A stretch of 64,000 bases of DNA, taken from IMG/VR virus record IMGVR_UViG_3300046453_000081, positions 32,001 through 96,000 of that record, one strand, 5' to 3'. A program made the position numbers and the translations under genes. Numbering within the stretch: the first letter of the stretch is position 1; every line of letters starts with the position of its first letter. This DNA is from a virus. The notes beneath the pieces are model-generated. The model searched no databases and was not told the DNA's origin. It saw only the letters and a list, made by a program, of their open reading frames with translations. Shown here piece by piece: positions 29,229 to 39,325 of this stretch.

Positions 29229-29344
29229 TGTTAAATTCCTCCTTGAGATATGTATAATTAATATTTTGTCTTGATGCGTAGCTTGGTAGTTAACTGTTTG
29301 AAGGTGGACTTCTCACAGATATTCAACTCCTTTATCACATAGTT

Positions 29345-29374
29345 AATAATATCATTTTATTTATCACTTGTCAA
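29345..29374 (-). promoter_or_regulatory. sigmaA promoter for SSB/ATPase operon
   Basis: TTGACA-17-TATTAT with the AGTGATAAATAAAA motif in the spacer. Confidence 0.7.
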
Positions 29375-29478
29375 GCTTTGTCGAATCTTGTCTAAAACCG
29401 TCTTTTTAATACAGGTCGGCTATACAAGATGACAATATTCCTATATATATTATATTTATCATTTGTGAAGCAACCCTT

Positions 29479-29862
29479 TCACAAAAGAAGTCGCAACATT
29501 TTTGCTCTTGGGGATTTTAAGTGTTCAGTAAATAATTTCTCAAGTGAAATCTTACCATTCTTAATTTTATTTGTCAATAGCAAGAACTCTTGTTTGGTTA
29601 TTGGATGTAAAAACAATTCTTCTAGTGCTTGCACTTGGTTCTTTGAATATTTTTCTGTGAATTCATCGAACTGTTGTGGATACTGCTCTAATCTGTGAAC
29701 CCTGTAGTCGCTTACAGCCAAATTTTCATTAGAGGAATCTAAAAGAAAATTGTAAATAAATGAATCAGCTTGCTCAAGACGGTCGATTAAAATACTTAAA
29801 ATGCCCTTGTTTTCATTTGTTAAGTTCTTAACTGTAAAACCATTGATTAAAACTAATTCCAT
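29479..29862 (-). CDS. Hypothetical protein
   Basis: GGGGAG RBS; ORF track. Confidence 0.6.
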   Translation of the reverse strand: MELVLINGFTVKNLTNENKGILSILIDRLEQADSFIYNFLLDSSNENLAVSDYRVHRLEQYPQQFDEFTEKYSKNQVQALEELFLHPITKQEFLLLTNKIKNGKISLEKLFTEHLKSPRAKMLRLLL

Positions 29863-30157
29863 GCCGACAACAACTCCCCATAATCTCTCTCTTTAATATT
29901 GCTTTTTGTTTACTATATAATAATAGTTGTTCAATATAGTAAACAATTATACAAAAAATATTTTTATATGTGTAATTTAAATACTCTGCTCATATTCTTA
30001 TTATATCTTTCCTGTCATTATACGTCTATAATTTTATTTATCACTTGTATGTAGATTTAGTGACTTTCATGGGACATAATGACGATTTTTTAAAAAAAAT
30101 GTTTGACAACATTTATCACACTTAGTCGAATAAGCATATTAATTGGAACAAAGTGTC

Positions 30158-30210
30158 ATAAATAAGGGAAGTCCCCTGATACCATATATCAAGAGACTTC
30201 CCTTATTTAT
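30158..30210 (-). terminator. Long-stem terminator after the repressor/HTH operon
   Basis: ATAAATAAGGGAAGTC/GACTTCCCTTATTTAT arms. Confidence 0.65.
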
Positions 30211-30226
30211 TATATTGCCATATCGT

Positions 30227-30514
30227 TTATTCATTTCCATTTTCATCTGCATTAAATTCAAATAAATCATTTATATCCACACTTAACATGTCTGCAATAG
30301 CAAATCCATAAACTAATTTCCAACTAACGTTATTATTTAATAGTTCCATAAAATTATTATACTTAATAGTAAAACCATACTTCGTTGTCCATCGTTCATG
30401 GAATTCCTTTGCAGTCCACTCTTCTTTTCCAATTAAATTCTGAAATCTTTGTCTGTTTAATTTCGCATCTGTCAATACCATAGTTTTCGCCCCTCTTTTT
30501 ATACGAACGTACAT
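30227..30514 (-). CDS. XRE-like HTH protein
   Basis: LLNNNVSWKLVYGFAIADMLSVDINDLFEF resembles an XRE C-terminus; coupled to repressor gene. Confidence 0.6.
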   Translation of the reverse strand: MYVRIKRGAKTMVLTDAKLNRQRFQNLIGKEEWTAKEFHERWTTKYGFTIKYNNFMELLNNNVSWKLVYGFAIADMLSVDINDLFEFNADENGNE

Positions 30515-31707
30515 TCCTCTTTGTATAATTTCTTAATAATTTCTGGATTACAATATTTTTTAACAGGATACCAATTTTCAATATTATATATGGCACATAT
30601 TTCTAAATAATCTTCTTTTGTTAATACTCCATTTTTTATTCTTCTACTCGCTTCATAGATTATACCACTTCTAACAATGTTTTTAGCAGTTAGATACGGA
30701 TAGCCTAGTACTTCATTAATCATTTTGATTTTTCTATAAATAACCATTTTATCCACAGGTCTATTTTTCTCGTCAGTCCTAGTAATAGAGGTGCGGATTA
30801 CGTAATCATTGCTAACTAGGTTCGTAAGTAAACCAACCGATTCATCTTGAATATCGCCATTTCTCTTAACGTATTCTTCTTGAATCATTGCTTTTTCTAA
30901 TAAGTCCATTGTGGACTGAGTTAGCTTAACCTTCCTCTTACTATTATCTTCGTTGTATACTATAAGAATATTGTTATTGTCTATTGCTTGTCGGACATGT
31001 TCTTTCTTGATGTTTCGTATTTCAGATAACGATTCTCCCTGAATCCCTTCGAACAATAATTTGATAATAACAGCGTCTTGAGGATTTTTGCAGTCCCAAT
31101 TGATTTTTTCAATTGTTGCTCTTGTGAAGTATAACTCTAACTCTTTGTCAACAAATCTTATAAAATAATCCATAGGTAATGTCTTTAATTCATTATTTTT
31201 AGCACTTGTCTCGCTATTGTCGATGCACCAATCAATGTATGTTGAAATGATTCTTCCATTAACGTGGGAAGCTGATTCTGTTAGTGGCTCTAATTCATAC
31301 AATACATTTTCCAGTTCAGACAAGGTAAACAGAGATAAGTCTTTATTATATTTGTCTTCATACTTCAAACTTTTCTCAAGAATTCTTGCATATGGTGTTT
31401 GTGTATTGCTTGGGTATCTGTGAAGGAATTTTAATTTAATTTTATTATTGTAGAATGTCTCTAGATTATATTTTTCACTTTTGGTAATTTCAAATACAGA
31501 ATGAATTAACATGTATTTTACAGATAATTTTAATTCCTCGACATCTTGGCTCAAAATAATCTTACGTACTTCTCCGCTGAGTAGACCATACTTTTCCATC
31601 AATATTTTTAATTCTTTTTCCCCATCAACTCTACTCCTTATTTCGTCAATTCCACTGATTACTAATGCATTGATTTTTCTTGTTTTATCTCTATCAATTT
31701 TTGTCAT
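30499..31707 (-). CDS. Integrase-fold repressor (SPbeta MrpR/YopR-like)
   Basis: YEDKYNKDL..F...NPQDAVIIKLLFEGIQG..LSEIRNIK...YVIR...YLTAKNIVRSG; no HxxR tyrosine-recombinase motif seen; start MTKIDR. Confidence 0.75.
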   Translation of the reverse strand: MTKIDRDKTRKINALVISGIDEIRSRVDGEKELKILMEKYGLLSGEVRKIILSQDVEELKLSVKYMLIHSVFEITKSEKYNLETFYNNKIKLKFLHRYPSNTQTPYARILEKSLKYEDKYNKDLSLFTLSELENVLYELEPLTESASHVNGRIISTYIDWCIDNSETSAKNNELKTLPMDYFIRFVDKELELYFTRATIEKINWDCKNPQDAVIIKLLFEGIQGESLSEIRNIKKEHVRQAIDNNNILIVYNEDNSKRKVKLTQSTMDLLEKAMIQEEYVKRNGDIQDESVGLLTNLVSNDYVIRTSITRTDEKNRPVDKMVIYRKIKMINEVLGYPYLTAKNIVRSGIIYEASRRIKNGVLTKEDYLEICAIYNIENWYPVKKYCNPEIIKKLYKEECTFV

Positions 31708-32001
31708 GTTTTTCACTCCTTTGTATTGCACCCTTTATTGTCTCAATGTTATTTATTTGAGTTTTTATTGTACTAATACTTAATTTAATTATAATTTAAT
31801 TCACAACATTTTTCAATGTTATTAATTAGGCATTAAAAGGAGTGGGATATTTTTTTGCATTTCTTATAATACTTAATTGCTAAAGGCAGATGAATAAATC
31901 AACTTTTATCTGTTTGATTATATTATAACACATTTTCGATTCATTAACAATGGATTTTGGTATAAAGTACCATATTTCGATTCTGATAACTCGCTTTGTT
32001 T

Positions 32002-32676
32002 TTACATTTTATACACCTTTGTTTTTCTCACTCCTTCACCTTTTTGATAACTTTTTATCCAAACTTTATTACCATTTTTCAGGATTCTCCAATGTCCTCT
32101 TACCGCCCATGTTCCTGTAAATTTCTTTCTCTCTTTTTCCTTGTCGATTTCAATTTTTTCTTCTGATTGTTCCTTACTGATAGATACTTGATAATGACTC
32201 CTTCTACCAATCTTAACAACCTTATTCTTATTTGATGACTTAGATTTTTTCTTCTTTGTATTTGGCAGACCATCTACTATTACCTTTTTCTTCAGACGTG
32301 CTGTATCGTCCTTGTAGTGTTCTATATAAGCCATGATACTAGCGTGGACTGTAGTTGCATCTTGAATTGCATTCGACTTGCCATAGTCCTTTAAATGCCC
32401 TACAGGTGAATAATGAAATACCTTGACAGTTTTAGTCAATTTGTTCCACTTATAATGTAAAACTAACTTTTTCATTATGAATACTTTAGTTTCAACAAAT
32501 AGCCCGCTATCTTTAAAGTACTGTTGATATGCGTTCTTGTTTCCGTATTCGATAACTCCTTCAGTTAAGGACGGATAAAAATTTCTTACTAAGTTCTTAT
32601 TGTTGTCTCTCCATTTTAGAAGTTTTGTTAAATCATCAGTTGTTAATTTAATCTTATCAAATCTGTCAAGATTCAT
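32002..32676 (-). CDS. Conserved phage protein (W.VRGHWR motif)
   Basis: TWAVRGHWR..KNGNKVWIKSYQKG. Confidence 0.75.
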   Translation of the reverse strand: MNLDRFDKIKLTTDDLTKLLKWRDNNKNLVRNFYPSLTEGVIEYGNKNAYQQYFKDSGLFVETKVFIMKKLVLHYKWNKLTKTVKVFHYSPVGHLKDYGKSNAIQDATTVHASIMAYIEHYKDDTARLKKKVIVDGLPNTKKKKSKSSNKNKVVKIGRRSHYQVSISKEQSEEKIEIDKEKERKKFTGTWAVRGHWRILKNGNKVWIKSYQKGEGVRKTKVYKM

Positions 32677-32746
32677 TATTTATCACCCATTTATTATTTT
32701 ATATTACCATTGTAACACAAAAATAACCCATTAGCAATGGGTTATT

Positions 32747-32971
32747 TTAATTCTTTAATTCAAAATCTCTTTCTTTCCCTTTCGAGCATTTGTGACATCT
32801 TCTTTCTTTAGGATAGTAGAACCCATAAATATCTTGTGCTTGTGGAATAACGTGACCACATTCTAAATAATCATGTAGACCTAGACATAGTTCTCCCCTA
32901 TTGTACGTTTTCGAATAAAGTATCTTCCTTAAAGGATAACTTCGTCTACCCACTCTAGCCAATTGATTCAC
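32747..32971 (-). CDS. Small Zn-binding protein
   Basis: LECGH...RRCHKC. Confidence 0.6.
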   Translation of the reverse strand: MNQLARVGRRSYPLRKILYSKTYNRGELCLGLHDYLECGHVIPQAQDIYGFYYPKERRCHKCSKGKERDFELKN

Positions 32972-33206
32972 CGTTTAACCACTTTTGATATTCGCCCAAC
33001 TTGACATGTCTATATTCTTCCATGTAATTCGTAACCATATGTTCAGAATAGCCTAAATCATAGAGTTTTCTAAGTGTCCTGCTATATTCTTGTCTGATTT
33101 CGTCTTCTTCCCAATCACGTAATTTTTCATCATCTAACTTGTCCTTAATCCACACTAACTCTCTTGCCAACACTTTCAATTGTTTTTCTACGTCATTTAT
33201 GCTCAT
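32955..33206 (-). CDS. Hypothetical protein
   Basis: GGAGG RBS. Confidence 0.6.
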   Translation of the reverse strand: MSINDVEKQLKVLARELVWIKDKLDDEKLRDWEEDEIRQEYSRTLRKLYDLGYSEHMVTNYMEEYRHVKLGEYQKWLNGESIG

Positions 33207-33220
33207 TTCAGCACCCCTCC

Positions 33221-33499
33221 CTAATAATAAGGTTTCAAGTCAAGCCTGTTTTCATGCGTAATAATCTTTGTAATTTCAATAATAGTTACAGGTTTGCCAC
33301 AATCAATATAATAAAAGTGCCAATATCCTGTTCCTTGAATCATATCTTTAGCTTGATTAAAAGCATCTGTCAAGTTGTCCCAAGTATTTGCATTGTCAAC
33401 GTCTGTGTCCCCAAAAACTTCAATCATTTCATTTCCAATTTGTTGAAATATTAAATAATTGCCATCAGAATCTTTTAAGGCATAGGCTTTAAAATTCAT
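33221..33499 (-). CDS. Hypothetical protein
   Basis: ATGA-coupled ORF. Confidence 0.6.
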   Translation of the reverse strand: MNFKAYALKDSDGNYLIFQQIGNEMIEVFGDTDVDNANTWDNLTDAFNQAKDMIQGTGYWHFYYIDCGKPVTIIEITKIITHENRLDLKPYY

Positions 33500-33762
33500 A
33501 GCTTATCAGTTTTTTCTCTAATAATTGAACGACTTTCCAATCTGCATACATCACTTGGATATTTAATAATGACCATATCATTATCATCGACATGAATTAC
33601 AGCCCCACCGTACCTAGAATACATATCGCCTATAATATCATCAATATCTTTTTTATCTAGAGTTGTAATTTCACCTTTTTGACTGTTTGCCCTGTTAAAC
33701 ATTTCAAACTCATATTTAGACAGTAAATCTCTAACTTCTGCTAAATCAGTAATTTTTCTCAT
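33496..33762 (-). CDS. Hypothetical protein
   Basis: AGGAG RBS. Confidence 0.6.
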   Translation of the reverse strand: MRKITDLAEVRDLLSKYEFEMFNRANSQKGEITTLDKKDIDDIIGDMYSRYGGAVIHVDDNDMVIIKYPSDVCRLESRSIIREKTDKL

Positions 33763-33798
33763 AGGTACATGTCACTCCTTTTAACTTTATTCGTTAAA

Positions 33799-34323
33799 TT
33801 AGAAGATTGATTCTAGAATATTAATAGCAAATCCATGTCTTGGGTCATCTTCATCTAAAAGTTCAATCGCTGATTCTAATCTTCCGATAATATCTGATAA
33901 AGTTTTTTGCGAATCCATTAATCCTGTAAAAATGTCTTCAGATACTTGATATGTTTTATTCCTTGAAATTTCAGTCATTTTACGGTGGTGAAGCATTGCT
34001 TGTTCTCGACTGTTTTCTCTTTGTACTCTTTCTTCTATACAATTTGAACAATCGCATTCTTCACTTGCTTTGCTAACTAATATAAGAAGCAATTCCTTTT
34101 GGTCTTGTGTTAATTGTTTAAAGCGTTCAGTTGCTAAGGGGAACTCGTCTTCATAAACGCTGTTAATAACTTCAAGAACATTTATGAAATCTTCTTTTGC
34201 ATCTTTTGGTGCGTTAGGGTCAGGGAGTATATGCCTTTCTCCCTCCATCCAAAAATCTTGGTCAATTCTCCTAATAGTTATTAATAAATCTTCAATATCA
34301 TTATCATTCCAGTCATTCGTCAT
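33799..34323 (-). CDS. Hypothetical protein
   Basis: GAGGTG RBS; CDCSNC. Confidence 0.65.
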   Translation of the reverse strand: MTNDWNDNDIEDLLITIRRIDQDFWMEGERHILPDPNAPKDAKEDFINVLEVINSVYEDEFPLATERFKQLTQDQKELLLILVSKASEECDCSNCIEERVQRENSREQAMLHHRKMTEISRNKTYQVSEDIFTGLMDSQKTLSDIIGRLESAIELLDEDDPRHGFAINILESIF

Positions 34324-34372
34324 AATAACACCTCTATTATTTTTTTTATAGTTCGCCTGTTAAATGATTGTT

Positions 34373-34579
34373 TTATTCGTATGCTTCAATTTCAACCAAC
34401 TCATTCAAAGTCAATTCCTTTATTTTGTAATGACTACGTGGAATAAATAGCAAGGAATCTTTCAGTTTTTCAATTTGTATTTCTGCCAATTCTTCACTTT
34501 CAAAAACACCATAGATTGTTTGACCCTCATGATGGTCACGTTTTAATAAAAATATAGTCATATTAGCGCTCCTCTTCAA
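34373..34579 (-). CDS. Small hypothetical (IYGVFES.E.A family)
   Basis: Recurrent phage motif. Confidence 0.6.
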   Translation of the reverse strand: MKRSANMTIFLLKRDHHEGQTIYGVFESEELAEIQIEKLKDSLLFIPRSHYKIKELTLNELVEIEAYE

Positions 34580-34616
34580 ATGAATGAATACTAAAAAATG
34601 TAATGAAACGATTCTT

Positions 34617-34892
34617 CTATTTGCTACTATATAAATCTACAACAGCATTGTGTATCATCTGAACATCTGCTTCGAAGTTTTCTCCAATAATTTCCTCAAC
34701 ATCATTGTTAAGTCCTTCCATAACTTTTGAAATTGTATTTGGATGAAATACAAGATTTTGATATAGTTCACTATCTCTGTCTATTGGTGTTAAAAAAGTT
34801 ACTGTGGTTTCAATATGAGGTTTACCTTTATGCATCTTAATGATATCACGATTTACTCGTTTTGCACTAAACACGTTTCTATCTCCCCCCAC
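34617..34892 (-). CDS. Hypothetical protein
   Basis: ORF track. Confidence 0.55.
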   Translation of the reverse strand: MGGDRNVFSAKRVNRDIIKMHKGKPHIETTVTFLTPIDRDSELYQNLVFHPNTISKVMEGLNNDVEEIIGENFEADVQMIHNAVVDLYSSK

Positions 34893-35302
34893 ACCTAATA
34901 AATTGATTATTTTAACTTCAAATATGTTATAGTATCTCTCCTATTTTTTATTTGTTCTTCCAACGTTCCACTTCTAATTCTTCCAACTCTATATGAGCAT
35001 TATCTTTTATATAATCAATAACATGACCACTATTAGCAGTTTCTTTGATAATCTTTCTTATTTCAATTGGTTTAACGTGTTGATACTTATCGTTATCAAT
35101 TTCGATATTTAATTCAACTTTAATAAACAAGTCGAACACCTCCTTAAATGGTTGATTATTTTATTTCTATTACTTCGTTATTGACAATCAAAACAAGTTG
35201 AGGTTTTGAAGAGTATTTCTTAATTAACTCTCCAATTTCTTCGATGGTTAAATTTTCATATTTACAAACTCCATAAATCACTTCCTAATTATAATCAATA
35301 AA

Positions 35303-35500
35303 TTAAAAAGAGCATCTAGCAATAATAGCTTTATTATTTTCGTCTATTACTGTAATAATATAATGTCCTTTATCTATGTCTTCATATGGTTTTGAAAATT
35401 CGATACCATTTACTCTGAATCGCCCATTTTTTACTATTTTAATCGCTTCAGTTCTGTTAACTGCCATTTTAGATTTTAATAAGATTTCTATTGGTGTCAT
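35303..35500 (-). CDS. S4-like RNA-binding domain protein
   Basis: LLKSKMAVNRTEAIKIVKNGRFRVNG. Confidence 0.7.
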   Translation of the reverse strand: MTPIEILLKSKMAVNRTEAIKIVKNGRFRVNGIEFSKPYEDIDKGHYIITVIDENNKAIIARCSF

Positions 35501-35938
35501 TTCTCTGCCCTCCCCTCATTTCTGTTAAATGATTGTTTTACTGCTTTTTTATTGAAATGATAAATACATCCTTGAATTTTGCAAATAACTTATTTTCAGC
35601 TTCTTTTTCATTGTATGCTTTTACTAAAGCAAATTTAGTTTCTTTTGGATTGTGGTCAAAACAAAATTCAAGCCTATAATTATTCAGCATAATGTCACCC
35701 TTAAAAACGAATTCTTTCAATTCAGCTTCTAGATTTTTTCTTCAACCTCTCTTAAGACTTGTTCGCAAATTTCGTCAAATTCGTCATCACTAACAACCTT
35801 TGAACCATACACTATCCTTCTTCGATAATTACCGAATAAATCAAGAAAATCAACATCTGAATTATCTGCACGTTTCATCATGTCTTTAATTTCTTGCTTT
35901 ATTATGAGTTTAATCATTATCTCACCACCCAATTTTTC

Positions 35939-36385
35939 CTATTTTTTGTATCGTTTAAGTATTTCAACAATCTCAAGAAACATGTCATTAGCTTCATCGA
36001 ACCCAAGTTCTTCATCGTTTTGGAGACTGTAAATCTTATCTGTTATTTCGTCCCAATCTCCATAGCGTTCATCAATTTTTTCACGTTTTGAGTCCGATAA
36101 TTCATCAGCGTAATCATCTAAATCCGATTTAAACGTGTCCAACATATCTTCGAACAGGTTAATGTCTGCATTGTCCTCAATCATTGTTTTTAATAGTTTG
36201 CCTGAAAAATCATCAACATCTTCTTCAAGAACGCTATAGCCACTTTGTTCAAGTCGATTGTATAAGTTTTCATATTCAACGACAATTTCATCAAAATCAT
36301 CACGTATATTTTCTAATCCACTGATACTATTTTCAATCGTTTCTATTATTTCCGTCAGTCTTTCTCTCTGTTCCACACGATTCAT
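35939..36385 (-). CDS. Very acidic helical protein
   Basis: D/E-rich throughout; GAGGGG RBS. Confidence 0.7.
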   Translation of the reverse strand: MNRVEQRERLTEIIETIENSISGLENIRDDFDEIVVEYENLYNRLEQSGYSVLEEDVDDFSGKLLKTMIEDNADINLFEDMLDTFKSDLDDYADELSDSKREKIDERYGDWDEITDKIYSLQNDEELGFDEANDMFLEIVEILKRYKK

Positions 36386-36400
36386 TGACCTGCCCCCTCA

Positions 36401-36769
36401 TTAATTTAAATCATATGACCTCAATACAGCTAACGACTGATTTAACTTATCTCTTTCTTTCTTAAGCGTATCTACACATATTTGATGACTAACCTGTGTT
36501 ATGCCAGTGGTCAATTCTCCAATCTGTTTCTCCACAGATTTAATTTCTTCCTTGTTTTTGAGAAAAAATTCCTCTAATTTATTAATTGCATCTTTTTGAT
36601 TATCAACTCTGCAAATAGATTTTTCACCAATATACAGTCTTTTAATCCCACTTTTACCTACATATCCATGACTTTGCTCAATACGACCAACGATTTTGTC
36701 ATCCAATAATATATCCCAATTATCTTCAGAACTTTTTTTAATTTTCAACTTTATTTCCACTCCCATCAT
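36401..36769 (-). CDS. Hypothetical protein
   Basis: First gene after operator-promoter 36801. Confidence 0.6.
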   Translation of the reverse strand: MMGVEIKLKIKKSSEDNWDILLDDKIVGRIEQSHGYVGKSGIKRLYIGEKSICRVDNQKDAINKLEEFFLKNKEEIKSVEKQIGELTTGITQVSHQICVDTLKKERDKLNQSLAVLRSYDLN

Positions 36770-36818
36770 TAACTCTGTAATGCAATTATATCACAACAAA
36801 AACCCAATTACAATGGAC

Positions 36819-36861
36819 TATAATAGTACAAAGAGAAAATTTTTCTCTTTGTACTATTATA
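36819..36861. terminator. Perfect 21-bp-arm inverted repeat (terminator-like) abutting operator
   Basis: TATAATAGTACAAAGAGAAAA-t-TTTTCTCTTTGTACTATTATA. Confidence 0.7.
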
Positions 36862-36872
36862 AGGTCAATCCA

Positions 36873-37394
36873 TTATTGTTCATCGTCCTCAATCAATTCA
36901 ATTTCCACTTTTGTAATTCGTTCGCCCCAATTACCCATGTCCTTATAAGTTGCATAGACATTGTATACACCATCACCTAAACCCGAACTGAACGCTACAG
37001 CTAATCCATCATGCCCCATCGCATAATTTAGTTGCCCCGCTTGGTCTTCACTGCATGTTAAATCGCAAATTGTGTCATAGGTGCTATCAGTAATAGCAGA
37101 AAACAGCACAATTTTACCAATTTTTTCCGAATATTCTTTTATGACTTTTGCAACACTTCGCAAATAACCATCGTCATCTGATTTTACCTTATAGACATGA
37201 TTCTCTTTTGTTATATAGTCATGACCACTGTTAATTAAAAATTCAGCCATTTCGTCTTGCCCTTGTCCCCAAAACTTCATGCCAATTATATTTGCACCAT
37301 CTTCTTCCACCCATTCATCACTGATATAACATGGGTCAATAATCATCAACTGTCCTGAGTCTACTCCAACATTACCAATCAATTTTCTTTTCAT
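36873..37394 (-). CDS. DUF4241-like protein
   Basis: GVDSGQLMIIDPCY...SSGLGDGVYNVY. Confidence 0.65.
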   Translation of the reverse strand: MKRKLIGNVGVDSGQLMIIDPCYISDEWVEEDGANIIGMKFWGQGQDEMAEFLINSGHDYITKENHVYKVKSDDDGYLRSVAKVIKEYSEKIGKIVLFSAITDSTYDTICDLTCSEDQAGQLNYAMGHDGLAVAFSSGLGDGVYNVYATYKDMGNWGERITKVEIELIEDDEQ

Positions 37395-37419
37395 TGTATT
37401 TCCTCCACTTCAATATTTA

Positions 37420-37956
37420 TTATTTATCCCAATTAATACGTTCTGATTCTTTCCATAATCGCATAACACTTTTCTTAAATACATCATTGTTAAGCCACTC
37501 ATTATATTGCTTTGTCGTGTACCTGCCATCATTCTTTGTTATTCTATTTATTTCTTTCATGAAGTTGCCACTTAGACCAATAGAACGCATTCCTTCAAGT
37601 ATTCCTGTATCAGAATCAATCAAGAACATATCGAATCTATTGCCAACTACTTCCCCATCCATATCTACATCTAAAACATTAATATCAAATAATAGGTCAA
37701 AGACTAATTCTTCCCCAATATAAACCATGATGATTGAAGTATTTAGTATAGGATTACGATACAATGCAAATCTAATTTGACCACTTCTAAAAGCAATAAC
37801 TTCTCTTTCTATTGGACTAGGTAATGTGACATACATTGTTAATGTCTTATCCTCTTTGTTATAGTCCAATGATGCCCCGCCTTCGCCCCCTGCCATTTTT
37901 GTCAATACTTCTTCATGGGGAAATCTTTTTCCTATTTGCATAGTGACGAATCCCAT
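37420..37956 (-). CDS. Hypothetical protein
   Basis: LIDSDTGILEGMRSIGL motif; coupled ORF. Confidence 0.7.
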   Translation of the reverse strand: MGFVTMQIGKRFPHEEVLTKMAGGEGGASLDYNKEDKTLTMYVTLPSPIEREVIAFRSGQIRFALYRNPILNTSIIMVYIGEELVFDLLFDINVLDVDMDGEVVGNRFDMFLIDSDTGILEGMRSIGLSGNFMKEINRITKNDGRYTTKQYNEWLNNDVFKKSVMRLWKESERINWDK

Positions 37957-38216
37957 TAGTAATTACTCCTTTCTTCTTCTTTAAGTTCTCTCAATTTGTC
38001 CAACTTGTCATCATATGGTTCTACAGCTTCCCAATCTATCTCTCTATCCTTGAAAATTTGAAGGTAGTCTTGTTTGTCATGTTGAATCATGCTAACCAAT
38101 TCATACATATCAACTTGAAAAGCATAGTATTGTACTGTCTTTGCATCAAGCATATTTGTAATTCCTGAATTCTGTATTGTTCGGTAGCTTCTCAGTAAAT
38201 CTTCACTATACTCCAT
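37956..38216 (-). CDS. DUF5049-like protein
   Basis: IQNSGITNMLDAKTVQ..A....MYELV. Confidence 0.65.
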   Translation of the reverse strand: MEYSEDLLRSYRTIQNSGITNMLDAKTVQYYAFQVDMYELVSMIQHDKQDYLQIFKDREIDWEAVEPYDDKLDKLRELKEEERSNY

Positions 38217-38530
38217 TATTGTTTGCCCCCTGTTATAAATTCGAAAACTTCACCTAGTGTTCTGTAACCATTTCTAAAATGACCATCTTCTAATTCAATA
38301 GTCCAATCATTATTTTTTATTGCAAATTCACCAAATTCATTTTCATCATAGGACATATAGACCAAATATCTTTTTCCATTTAAGTAAATAATATATCCGA
38401 AAAGATATTCATCGTTATGTTTTAAATCCAATACAGAAACATTTGCGTTAAGTCTCTCCGCAATACTCTTTGCAAATTTTTCCAAATCTCTCATAATCAC
38501 ATCTTTATGAAAATAAACACCAACTGCCAT
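38216..38530 (-). CDS. DUF5634-like protein
   Basis: YLFGYII..NGKRY...Y..NE.GE.A.KNNDWTIE...GY..L.EVF. Confidence 0.55.
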   Translation of the reverse strand: MAVGVYFHKDVIMRDLEKFAKSIAERLNANVSVLDLKHNDEYLFGYIIYLNGKRYLVYMSYDENEFGEFAIKNNDWTIELEDGHFRNGYRTLGEVFEFITGGKQ

Positions 38531-38810
38531 GTTATTCTCTCCTTTACAATTTCGTCGAAGTATGCACTAAGACAAAGCATCCAATTTTCTTATTTCACTT
38601 AATCGCACAACACCAATGAATGTGTATTTCCTTCTTCCTATCAATTCAAGTTCTGAAAACAGATTCTTAGTTTTTTTGGTAGCGGAAATCACATCATCAG
38701 ATTCAATTTGTGCTAATTTAATTTCTTCCGAAGAACCCACTTTGTATGAAATAATGTAAACCATTTCTCCAACTCCTTACGACGCAATTTATGTCTAATG
38801 TGAAATCTTA

Positions 38811-39020
38811 TTATCTACCTGCAAATTGCTCAGGATAAACTACTTTACCATCTACTGCATGTAAGATGCAGTATTCATCTTCATCTTCAATAATTACTTC
38901 TTTTGCACCTTGTTTATGCAACATAACATAATTAACACAATCTTCAATATCTTTCAGTTTCACAGGGGGCATAGTCTCTCTTACCCCCAAAATATCAACT
39001 ACACAGTAACCTTTAAACAT
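38811..39020 (-). CDS. Hypothetical protein
   Basis: VIIEDEDEYCILHAVDGKVVYP. Confidence 0.6.
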   Translation of the reverse strand: MFKGYCVVDILGVRETMPPVKLKDIEDCVNYVMLHKQGAKEVIIEDEDEYCILHAVDGKVVYPEQFAGR

Positions 39021-39237
39021 TGGCAGTCACTCCCTCTTTTTTAATGATTTTGTATACATAATTCGCTCCGCAATCAGGATTGCTACATGTAACATCAATT
39101 GAATCACCAAAATATAGACCAATCATTGGATAATAATCTGTCAGCACCACATATGCTGAATATGTCCATCTGCATTTGCATTTAGGACAATTGTCAGGGA
39201 GTCTTTTAGAATAGGTGTCAAATAGCATTAACATCAC
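39013..39237 (-). CDS. Zn-ribbon protein
   Basis: CPKC...CSNPDCG. Confidence 0.6.
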   Translation of the reverse strand: MMLMLFDTYSKRLPDNCPKCKCRWTYSAYVVLTDYYPMIGLYFGDSIDVTCSNPDCGANYVYKIIKKEGVTANV

Positions 39238-39325
39238 TCCTTCACTAATTATTTTATCTTTATGTATATCTTACCATTCTCTTAGTCCAATGTAAATGGA
39301 TTACAGGAAAATGGTAAGATAAATT

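Noticed and set aside
30499-31731. Active integrase marking a prophage boundary
   Set aside because: No HxxR catalytic motif seen, no att site or host genes; phage-like genes continue on both sides.
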